Of a stretch of 64,000 nucleotides of DNA, positions 19,546-27,245 are shown piece by piece; positions within the stretch are counted from its first letter, which is position 1; each line of letters starts with the position of its first letter. The notes under the pieces were generated by a model, which saw only the letters and a list, made by a program, of their open reading frames with translations, searched no databases and was not told where the DNA came from. The translations under genes and the position numbers were made by a program. Source of the stretch: an uncultured archaeon (GTDB lineage: Archaea > Asgardarchaeota > Thorarchaeia > Thorarchaeales > Thorarchaeaceae). Location of the stretch: assembly GCA_964558645.1 (NCBI GenBank), contig CAZLEV010000002.1, forward strand, positions 288,001-352,000, given 5' to 3'.

Positions 19546-20541
19546 ATGAGAAAGCTAGCTGTAATCATATTTCTAGTCACTGTAATGCTACCTACTTCCT
19601 GTTATGCCGCAGGATCCTTTCATGTGGCAGACACGAGATTCGACTTTGACGAGAGCATATCTCCTGGAAGCTGGTATTGGATTCGCTCATCTAGTGTAGA
19701 ACCCGGAATGGGATTCTACGGAAGCGTGAAGGTCGACTCTGGCCAGGACCTAGACTTCTTCGTCTGTGATGTTGATGGCTATAACGATGTTCAGAACGGA
19801 AAGAGTACAACCCCTCTCCATCACTGGGGGGAAGATATCACGGGCACCACCGATTTCGAGTTCATTGCTCCTGATAATGGTGATCTGTATTGGTGCTTCA
19901 GTAATCACGACAGCGTCTTCACAACTATTCATATTCAGGGATACCTGAGTCGCGACCTGACAGCACCCGAACTTGACATAATAAGCCCCAATCAAGGTCA
20001 GACTGTGGATGGAACGGTGGTACTTGAAGCGACTGCCGAGGACAATCAGTTTGAAGTGGAACTGATGCGCGTCTATGTTGATGACAGCCTGAAGAAGACT
20101 GTCAGTTCTGACTCAATCACATACTACTGGGACTCGAAAGAGGTTGACGACGGCGCCCATACCGTCAAGTTCTACGTCAGTGACAACGTGAACAATGAGC
20201 GTGAGATCATCCGAACGGTATACGTGGACAATATTATCGAAGTAACTTCTACGACGGGGACGAGTTCAACGACCTCCACGACAGATTCAGGTTCAACACC
20301 AACTCAAGATCCAGGTGGCCAAGATCCAGCGAATACCTCCCCGATGCTTCTCTCCATGCCTCTCATCACTGGGGCATTCATCGTGTTAGGGATTGCTGGC
20401 GTTGGTTATGCGGTAAGTAGGAAGGAGAGCGCAACGTCGGCTCCGGTCTCTGAAGCCAAGGTTTTCGTCATCTGTCCGTACTGTGGTGCAAAAGTGGAAC
20501 AGGGAATCACGAAGTGCCATAAGTGCGGTGCAGAAATCTAG
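19546..20541 (+). CDS. Type I membrane protein: GOLD-like domain, Ig-like domain, S/T linker, TM helix, cytoplasmic Zn ribbon
   Basis: Signal peptide; V.SGQDLDFFV...FEFIAP..G..YWCFSN; ISP..GQTV.G...WDS..V.DG.HT; CPYC...CHKC. Confidence 0.75.
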   Translation: MRKLAVIIFLVTVMLPTSCYAAGSFHVADTRFDFDESISPGSWYWIRSSSVEPGMGFYGSVKVDSGQDLDFFVCDVDGYNDVQNGKSTTPLHHWGEDITGTTDFEFIAPDNGDLYWCFSNHDSVFTTIHIQGYLSRDLTAPELDIISPNQGQTVDGTVVLEATAEDNQFEVELMRVYVDDSLKKTVSSDSITYYWDSKEVDDGAHTVKFYVSDNVNNEREIIRTVYVDNIIEVTSTTGTSSTTSTTDSGSTPTQDPGGQDPANTSPMLLSMPLITGAFIVLGIAGVGYAVSRKESATSAPVSEAKVFVICPYCGAKVEQGITKCHKCGAEI

Positions 20542-20789
20542 ACCTCAAGAGTGTGTAGGGTGGGCGGCCGCCCAGAATCTGTCGCTCACTTACCCCCTCC
20601 CCCTTGATACTTTGCGACCTTCTCGGACCGGCTGCTAATTGAGTACAATATGCTAGGTTTTCTGAATGCCAAGATGAAAACTTACAGACTACCGGTGGGA
20701 ACGTAGTGATTCAAGAGGGCCAGAAGGGCAGCGACTTAGGTTTCCATTTCGCCTGAAAGACTGGTCTTCTGCCATGGACTTCCCTTCGT

Positions 20790-20923
20790 ATGTCCTTCTT
20801 TCTCTTCTTCTTCCGCTCAGTGCGTGCCTTATCCGCTGCATCGATCTCCTCCCACTCCTTCATCTTCTCAAGTACACGTTCAGACTGGCGTTCGGCTTCT
20901 CGCTTGTACTCCTCGGTCTTCAT
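20790..20923 (-). pseudogene. 3' fragment of a homologue of the 10408-11061 gene
   Basis: KTEEYKREAERQSERVLEKMKEWEEIDAADKARTERKKKRKK. Confidence 0.88.
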
Positions 20924-20926
20924 GCA

Positions 20927-21433
20927 CTATGGCTCTTCCGAACCGGATGAAGACCGATAATCGCTTCTGGCGTGCCACCTATGGGCAACGAAGTAGGTCA
21001 GTATCTGAAGAACAGGAAGCGGGAATGCATCCATACCAGCCCAACCATCCAGGCGGTATGAAAAGGCTACAAGATAGAACAACGGAATGATAAGAGTTCC
21101 AAGCAGTACGCCACGGATGGTCTTGCCCTTGCCCCAGGCACGACAAGACACCATCCATAGCAGGAAGACGCCCAGGGTCATTGCCATTGCGCTCCAAATG
21201 GTGTGCACGATTGTTGGCATCAGCAAAGAAAGACTTGAGAATGGGCCAGATAGGTAGCTTCCATAGGAGTAGCTGATTGTCCAGACTGTTGCTACTAATA
21301 TGATACTGGTCTGATGGTTGTCCACCAAAGATCTGAATTCAATACTCAATGTATGGGGAGCTAGAAGAAATATCAGCACCAAGATGAGGATCTGACGAGT
21401 TGAAATGCTGGAGCTTGATTCCATTTTTCCCAT
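20927..21433 (-). CDS. Multi-pass membrane protein
   Basis: Hydrophobic helices from MGKMESS (ATG 21433); the longer ORF call overlaps the neighbouring gene. Confidence 0.65.
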   Translation of the reverse strand: MGKMESSSSISTRQILILVLIFLLAPHTLSIEFRSLVDNHQTSIILVATVWTISYSYGSYLSGPFSSLSLLMPTIVHTIWSAMAMTLGVFLLWMVSCRAWGKGKTIRGVLLGTLIIPLFYLVAFSYRLDGWAGMDAFPLPVLQILTYFVAHRWHARSDYRSSSGSEEP

Positions 21434-21641
21434 CTCAATTGACCACCCTGCAATATCGTTGGAACAGAGAACTAGGAATGATCTCTCCCGAAGAACAATT
21501 GCTTTGTTTCTTCTTAAACTATCCTGCAAGTTTCTTATTGCGGGAGGGCAGGAGGCGATGGCCGAAATCTTCGACAAATCGAAGATGAGGATGTAAAGGG
21601 GTGCATTTCTAATAGCCTGACATGTTTGACCCAATCGCCCA

Positions 21642-22094
21642 CTACGAATCACGGGTTCTCCGGACAAGAAGTATGTATATCTCGATGCAGGAGGTGACAA
21701 CCCCGAACAACCCCAGCACAACCACCACAGCTGCGAGATCCATCGGGACATAGGGCATCATGACCAACACAAAGAGCAAGAGAAAGGTGGCGTAGAAGGA
21801 GAGGTATAGAACGAAACGCGGCACGAGTCTGTTGCCCAGGAGAAGGTAGAACCTGAGTTCGCCCAGAGGAACAAGTCGTACAACCGTGTATCGGCCCATG
21901 TCATCCCCAGCCACAAGGCCAAGGGACTCCAGCTTCTTCAGATGATACGATGCGAGGCTGACGCTGGACAGCTTCGTCCCGTCCTTCACCTCGCGACGAG
22001 TCCTGCCCTCGTTCTGTATGATTAGCCAGCGATAGACTTGGAGGGTCGTCCTATGGAGGTCAGGTTCTTTGTCGTCCGCCGTCATCCATGGCAT
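21642..22094 (-). CDS. Membrane-anchored winged-helix (ArsR-like) regulator
   Basis: REV.....LSSVSLASYHLKKLESLGLV followed by two TM helices. Confidence 0.8.
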   Translation of the reverse strand: MPWMTADDKEPDLHRTTLQVYRWLIIQNEGRTRREVKDGTKLSSVSLASYHLKKLESLGLVAGDDMGRYTVVRLVPLGELRFYLLLGNRLVPRFVLYLSFYATFLLLFVLVMMPYVPMDLAAVVVVLGLFGVVTSCIEIYILLVRRTRDS

Positions 22095-22111
22095 CCCCAG
22101 ATTCCTGTGAG

Positions 22112-23239
22112 CTACTCCACTTCCATTTTCCTAACGGATCTCCTTAAAGCGTATTCTGTGGAGAGAGCCGCTACAACGGCAACTGTCATACTTGTCACCG
22201 TAAAGAGAATCCAGAGCGTTTCGCATGGACGCTCTAAGACTGCCAGGTCTAGGCTCTCACGGTACGGCACAGTCTGCACGACCTCGCCCGTGCGCGCATC
22301 GATGAGCACATCACATCGTGATACATCATCAGAAGTCACCACATACCAGACAAGGCGCATATGGTGTGGTGTGGTCTCTGCCTCAATCGTGTCGCTTACA
22401 GTGAGATTGTACATGACAACCCGTTTCCCAGTGACCTGCTTCGCTATGTCATACGCACTGAACTCATTTATCGTTGGACCCAGTGTGAAAACGCCCAAAT
22501 CGCGCCAGAGGTAATGGAATCCTGAGACCCGCCCGGTCAGGATATCCACTTCGATAAGGATGCCATCCCCACTGTACCCCAATGAGAAAGAAGGAGGGGA
22601 TTTGATGGAGATGCCATTAGAAACGTGTTCGAAAGCGAGGTGGTAGTTGCCGGATGTATGATGCTGAATCACTCCACAATAGCGTGCGTCCTTCGGCAAC
22701 GTGATATTGTTCAGATTCAAGAATGCCATTGCAGAGGCCTCTGCAGCAGCTGGTGCGATTGGCTGGGTCTGATTCTCTGAATCGCCTCTGAGAGCACCAC
22801 TTGTACACTCGAATCTGATCACCTCCCCCGAGACCGCGCTCACCTGAACCCATGTGCTCTTTTCATTGACGAAGAAGCGCCACGCCGGGATACGGGAGAC
22901 CTTACTGGCATATATGAGATGAAATGAGGACCAGTCCCATTCCGGGTAGTTCAACTGGAAGAACGATATTGCGTTCTTGCGGGCCTGGCTCTCGTTGACT
23001 AAGTAATACTCAGAACCGGGATCAACAACGATGAATGAACCGTTTTCGATGACCAGGTCCTGAAATCGGAACACACGTTCGGATTCATCGACATAACTCC
23101 AAAAGGCTGTTTCATCTATCGGTAGAGAGCCGATCTTTGTTTCTATTGGGAGGCTATTCGCTCCAACAAAGGCAATTGAACCCACAAGTATACCGAATAC
23201 GATGCAAGCCAGCCATGTCCCTCTCTGTATCATGAGCAA
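22112..23239 (-). CDS. Secreted or membrane-anchored PepSY-like repeat protein
   Basis: Signal peptide; repeated VSAVSGEV, VDILTGRV and IDARTGEV motifs; C-terminal TM helix. Confidence 0.7.
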   Translation of the reverse strand: MLMIQRGTWLACIVFGILVGSIAFVGANSLPIETKIGSLPIDETAFWSYVDESERVFRFQDLVIENGSFIVVDPGSEYYLVNESQARKNAISFFQLNYPEWDWSSFHLIYASKVSRIPAWRFFVNEKSTWVQVSAVSGEVIRFECTSGALRGDSENQTQPIAPAAAEASAMAFLNLNNITLPKDARYCGVIQHHTSGNYHLAFEHVSNGISIKSPPSFSLGYSGDGILIEVDILTGRVSGFHYLWRDLGVFTLGPTINEFSAYDIAKQVTGKRVVMYNLTVSDTIEAETTPHHMRLVWYVVTSDDVSRCDVLIDARTGEVVQTVPYRESLDLAVLERPCETLWILFTVTSMTVAVVAALSTEYALRRSVRKMEVE

Positions 23240-23331
23240 ACCCCTGTCAGACCAGTGGATGAGCTATACTTATTCAGGACTAGATGATAAGACTACTTTT
23301 TTTCCTCTGATTCAGAAGAGAAATGGCTATG

Positions 23332-23406
23332 ACCAATCGTGAAGTTCGACATGGATCGCCCGGAATCGGTGCCACGAAGAGCTCCGCGTACGTCCCGCTC
23401 AAGTAG
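23332..23406 (+). repeat. Intact-coding, synonymously recoded copy of the last 24 codons of rps19
   Basis: Translates TNREVRHGSPGIGATKSSAYVPLK*, compared with native TGREVRHGSPGIGATKSSAYVPLK*, with many synonymous changes. Confidence 0.95.
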
Positions 23407-23432
23407 AATCATCTTCGAGACGAGGGGCACCA

Positions 23433-23520
23433 TCAACCCTTTCTTCCTTTCTTTTTCTTCTGCTCAGCGCGAGCCCTGTCCTCTGCATCGATCTCCTACC
23501 ACTCCCTCATCTTCCCCTCT
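23433..23520 (-). pseudogene. 3' fragment of a homologue of the 10408-11061 gene
   Basis: GKMREW*EIDAEDRARAEQKKKKGRKG*, with one internal stop. Confidence 0.85.
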
Positions 23521-23694
23521 CACTCCCTATTCCAGTGTTGTATCAGAATCTACTGGCGCCCGAAATCGGCGTTATTCTGACACAACGATTTCCATGCCAG
23601 TTTTTGTTGGAGAAGAGTATAGAATACATATCACAAGCCTCTTATATTATTCCGAATTAACTATTGTTCACTACATACACTAATAGGTGATTTA

Positions 23695-24099
23695 TTGATG
23701 AACCGAACAAAATCCCTTCTGGCTATGGCTATGATCATGGTTTTCCTCAGCATAAGTTCTGTTGGAGCCGTGACCATCGAAGATACAGCAACTCTAACTG
23801 TAAAGCATCGAATTCCCGGTACTGCAGCAGGTCAAATCCTGCTTGGTGACCCATTCGCTCTGCCTTTTGAGCTACCAGTGGACGTCTACGTTAATGGTGA
23901 ACTTGCCTTTACTTTCTCTTTCAGAGACACGGTAGGTCCCATCGAATTGCCGGCAGGTACATACACCGTAGAGGTAAAACTCGCGGGTACTGACATCACA
24001 GTCATCGGTCCCCTTGACCTAACTCTTGAAGCTGGTGATGATGTCACCGCAGTAGCTGTCCTGCAAGGACGACGAGGTCCAACATTACTCCTTGAGTAG
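23695..24099 (+). CDS. Secreted DUF4397-like beta-sandwich protein
   Basis: Signal peptide; V.H.IPG...PVDVYVNG...LPAGTYTVEV..AG...L.AG...TAVA pattern. Confidence 0.7.
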   Translation: MMNRTKSLLAMAMIMVFLSISSVGAVTIEDTATLTVKHRIPGTAAGQILLGDPFALPFELPVDVYVNGELAFTFSFRDTVGPIELPAGTYTVEVKLAGTDITVIGPLDLTLEAGDDVTAVAVLQGRRGPTLLLE

Positions 24100-24141
24100 A
24101 TTTTTGTTTCCGATGTCAGAGAGGCTAATATTTTAGCCTCA

Positions 24142-24205
24142 TCCTTCTTTTCCTTTTTCTCTTCCAAGGAATTTCTCGAGTGTGCTTCTCGCCTGTACCC
24201 TCCCA
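24142..24205 (-). pseudogene. Internally deleted 3' fragment of a homologue of the 10408-11061 gene
   Basis: GYRREA...KKEKKD compared with EYKREA...KKKRKKD; gcttctcgcctgtac compared with gcttctcgcttgtac at about 20895. Confidence 0.55.
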
Positions 24206-24235
24206 ATAGTGACGACTTAGGCTCTATTGTCGGCT

Positions 24236-24400
24236 CAGGAGAGCGATGAAGAGAACATCTGATTGGACTCCGAGTCGGCCAAAGAGGAGCTGTTGACTCT
24301 GCTGGATTCCTTTCCGGATGAACGGCTGGAGGGCATCGAGGTTTCGCGAGAAGTCAATGATCCAGAGAACGAGGGGCCGAAACTCATCCTTCCGGTTTAG
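24236..24400 (+). pseudogene. C-terminal remnant of an SRAP (YedK/HMCES) family protein
   Basis: ESDEENI*LDSESAKEELLTLLDSFPDERLEGIEVSREVNDPENEGPKLILPV* matches the SRAP tail (WLD..LL.P.P...VS..VN.P.N.GP.LI.P); the Trp codon is TGA. Confidence 0.7.
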
Positions 24401-24496
24401 GATAGGCCTCATCATAGACAGTCTACCACTGAGCCAGACATCCGGAGCAGATGCATTCAAATCCACGAAAACCAGTGCATTCAGAGGTGTGAGGTA

Positions 24497-25081
24497 GTGA
24501 ATGCCGAGAGAGTATCATCCCAGAGTCGGCGATTTGTCCCTCCCGTAACAGGCCTATGGCCCGGCGAGAGGATAGTCTGGATCCGAAGACCAGGAACCGG
24601 GTTCTGGATAACGTGTTTTGGGATTTTGTTGGTATTAAGCATTATTTCGCTCCCCTTCACGATTGCGTCCGATCTTGGTCTCTCAGGAGCAGCTCCCCCG
24701 CTCTTTGCGGCAGTGGGTGGTATTGTCATCTTCATGTACTTCTATATCGTGAGAAGACGTACAAGATACTACCTGACAGATGAGCGGATAATCGAGGTCC
24801 GTGGCGACCGTATCGTCAAGGAGATGTCATTGGAGCGTTTCGCTGGAAGACCCATGGGCCAGTTTTTGGAGTCACGTGTCACACATACTGTCAACAACAT
24901 GCCGATGTATGACATTCGGATATATGACCCTCTCTCAGATGAGACCATGGTGCTCAAGAGCCTGGATGGCTTCTCTGCATCGTGGCTAGAGGAGATTGGG
25001 AAGATACGGGAGTGCCGTTATTGTGGTCTTGAAAATGTGGCCATAGCGGGCAAGTGTAAGAACTGTGGAGCGGTGCTGTAA
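24497..25081 (+). CDS. Membrane protein with a bacterial PH-like domain and C-terminal Zn ribbon
   Basis: GERIVW..RP, two TM helices, TRYYLTDERII, CRYC..CKNC. Confidence 0.7.
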   Translation: MNAERVSSQSRRFVPPVTGLWPGERIVWIRRPGTGFWITCFGILLVLSIISLPFTIASDLGLSGAAPPLFAAVGGIVIFMYFYIVRRRTRYYLTDERIIEVRGDRIVKEMSLERFAGRPMGQFLESRVTHTVNNMPMYDIRIYDPLSDETMVLKSLDGFSASWLEEIGKIRECRYCGLENVAIAGKCKNCGAVL

Positions 25082-25167
25082 CCTATACAGTACAAGGGGA
25101 GTATTTTCTCTAGGTCAACTGACGTGCTAGAAGGAGAATAGAGAAGAACGGGATAAAAGAGGCCTCC

Positions 25168-25245
25168 ACCAAAGCTACGTACGCGCCACTCAAGTAAGTC
25201 TGTATCCTGAGAAATAGTAGGATAGCACGCCTCTTTCTTACCTTG
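25168..25245 (+). repeat. rps19 3'-end remnant with a faint convergent-gene tip
   Basis: 25168-25197 translates TKATYAPLK*; followed by a pyrimidine tract (cctctttcttacctt) at about the same spacing as in the other scars. Confidence 0.65.
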
Positions 25246-25517
25246 TCATACGCCGTAGCTTCAATCAGTACCGAAACAGCAGACTGAATGCAAACCCTTT
25301 TGGTTTCTCATTGAACCTAAGATTGCAGGCACCAAGCAGATTGGCCCATCAGACCCAGTCGCCATTGCACAAGAGGACTAATGCCGACTCTTTTTCCAGC
25401 AGTTCGTTTGTTATCTTTGGTTACTCTAGGTATCATTCGGCTGTTCACAGCAAGATCTAGGTGTGGCTCTTCGATTCTTTCGCCTTTCGTCAGAAGAGGA
25501 AGCGAAGCATGTGTGCG

Positions 25518-26174
25518 TTATCGGTACTTCTTGACAATCTCTAGGAACTTCTCCACGTTCTCAGTGATAATGTCGAAGCGCCCTTCCTTGATTGCTTTCT
25601 TATCTGTGATTGCAGACCCGACTCCGAGTGCGAATGCACCCGCACCCAGCATTGGGCCCGCAGTATCAAGATCCACACCTCCTGTTGGTACCAAGGGAAT
25701 ATGAGGGATTGGAGCTCTTACTGCCTTAAGATAGGAGGCGCCCCCCAGATTTCCACATGGGAACACCTTGACGGCGTCGGCACCCATAGTGTAGGCTTCA
25801 AGAATTTCTGTTGGAGTCACAGCTCCGGGGATGCAAGGTTTCGCGTATCTTCGGCTTGTTTCGATGAGCTCTCTTGAGTAGGAGGGGCTCACAATGAACT
25901 CGCTTCCTGCAAGAATTGCCTGGCGTGCTGTAGCTCCATCAAGAACAGTGCCTGTTCCAATCAGAACCTTGTCGCCATAGCTGTCGGCCAGTTGTTTCAC
26001 AACGTCAATTGCACCGGGCACACTGAAAGTGACCTCGATGATGTTAACACCGCCTTCCAAGAAGGCATCTGATACCTTGAATGCTAGGTCTGGCGAGTCC
26101 ACTCGGATGATGGGAATGAGACCAGTTTCGTAGATTAGACGCATTGCTTTCTGTTTCTCCCACATATTATTCAC
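25518..26174 (-). CDS. eda: KDPG/KHG aldolase
   Basis: IEVT, IGTGTVLD, FIVSP, PGAVTPTE, VKVFP and PTGGV motifs. Confidence 0.93.
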   Translation of the reverse strand: MNNMWEKQKAMRLIYETGLIPIIRVDSPDLAFKVSDAFLEGGVNIIEVTFSVPGAIDVVKQLADSYGDKVLIGTGTVLDGATARQAILAGSEFIVSPSYSRELIETSRRYAKPCIPGAVTPTEILEAYTMGADAVKVFPCGNLGGASYLKAVRAPIPHIPLVPTGGVDLDTAGPMLGAGAFALGVGSAITDKKAIKEGRFDIITENVEKFLEIVKKYR

Positions 26175-27170
26175 CTATCTGTCTATTCTAAGACCTCTCT
26201 CTCGTCCCTTGATTAGCTTTTCAACTTCTTCTCTATAGACGAAGGCTAGGTCGCCCGGCACAGAATGTTTTATGGCCGAGAATGCAGAACCGAAATCCAC
26301 TGCCTTCTGAGTATCGCCAAGCTCGAGGTAACCATAGATGAATCCTGCACTACAGGAGTCACCTCCTCCGAGCCTGTCAACCACCTCAACATCATACTTC
26401 GGACTGCGATAGACCTTTCCGTCGGAGTATGCAAAGACGGACCATACATTCTTCCATACTGAGGGCGTTTCTCTCAGTGTTATTACTACGACCTCGAACC
26501 CGAATTTGTCAACAAGCTTAGCTGCAACATCCTCGTAGTCTTTTCCCTCGATACCATAGACCACCTTTGTGTCTTCTTCGGTCGTGATCAATATGTCTAT
26601 GTGCTCGGAGGCCGGCCCGGTGAACTTGTTTGCTTCTAAGGGGCTCCACAATTTCCCTCTATAGTTCACATCATAAGATACTTTGCAGCCCTGCTCTTTC
26701 GCCACCCTGAGGGCTTCGCTGGTTGCCTCTCGGCAGGTCGCGCTTAGGGCCGGTGTTATACCGCTAGTGTGGAACAGCTTGGTCCCTTTCAGAATCTGTA
26801 TCCATTCCACTTCACCCGGTTTGATCTTACTGATTGCAGAATCCTTTCGGTCATAGATGACGCGATTGGTGCGAGGGGCTGAACCAAACTCGACATAGTA
26901 GACTCCACAGCGGCTATCAGGGCTCCACAGTATATGTGATGTTTCAACACCATGTTCTCTAGCTTTATTTCTTATGAAGTGACCAATGGAGTTGTCGCCC
27001 AACTTGGTCACATAAGCAGAATTCAGACCCAACCGAGCACAGGCCACTGCAACATTCATCTCTGCGCCTCCTGCATGCGCGTTGTAGCTGTGGGTCTGCT
27101 CGAAACGCATGAAGTCTGGAGGCGAGAGTCTCAGCATAACCTCGCCAAACGTAACAACATCGTAACCCAT
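26175..27170 (-). CDS. kdgK: 2-keto-3-deoxygluconate kinase (PfkB family)
   Basis: FGEVMLRLSP, GGAEMNVA, YDR..SA, SGITPAL, DVNYRGKLW and DRLGGGD motifs. Confidence 0.9.
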   Translation of the reverse strand: MGYDVVTFGEVMLRLSPPDFMRFEQTHSYNAHAGGAEMNVAVACARLGLNSAYVTKLGDNSIGHFIRNKAREHGVETSHILWSPDSRCGVYYVEFGSAPRTNRVIYDRKDSAISKIKPGEVEWIQILKGTKLFHTSGITPALSATCREATSEALRVAKEQGCKVSYDVNYRGKLWSPLEANKFTGPASEHIDILITTEEDTKVVYGIEGKDYEDVAAKLVDKFGFEVVVITLRETPSVWKNVWSVFAYSDGKVYRSPKYDVEVVDRLGGGDSCSAGFIYGYLELGDTQKAVDFGSAFSAIKHSVPGDLAFVYREEVEKLIKGRERGLRIDR

Positions 27171-27245
27171 TGAACCACCATCTCGTGACTTAAGGTAGTA
27201 AAAGAAGTGTTGGTCCGAGATTTAAAACGTATTGGAAAAGACAAG

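Larger units (their letters stand above)
7027..25250. mobile_element. Tandem array of integrative units at the rps19 3' end (possibly extending to about 52005)
   Basis: Repeated scars made of an rps19 3' tip and/or the 3' tip of the convergent 10408-11061 gene separate unrelated cargo blocks; composition shifts between blocks. Confidence 0.75.

Noticed and set aside
21434-21751. N-terminal extension of the 274-aa ORF call
   Set aside because: It overlaps the wHTH gene and does not look protein-like; ATG 21433 is preferred.
24260-24262. In-frame TGA as selenocysteine or recoding
   Set aside because: It falls at a conserved Trp position in a 5'-deleted fragment, so pseudogenisation is the simpler explanation.
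7115-25250. CRISPR array or classical integron as the explanation for the repeats
   Set aside because: The repeats are degenerate, protein-coding-derived and spaced 0.7-8 kb apart. No cas genes, IntI or palindromic attC structure were recognised.
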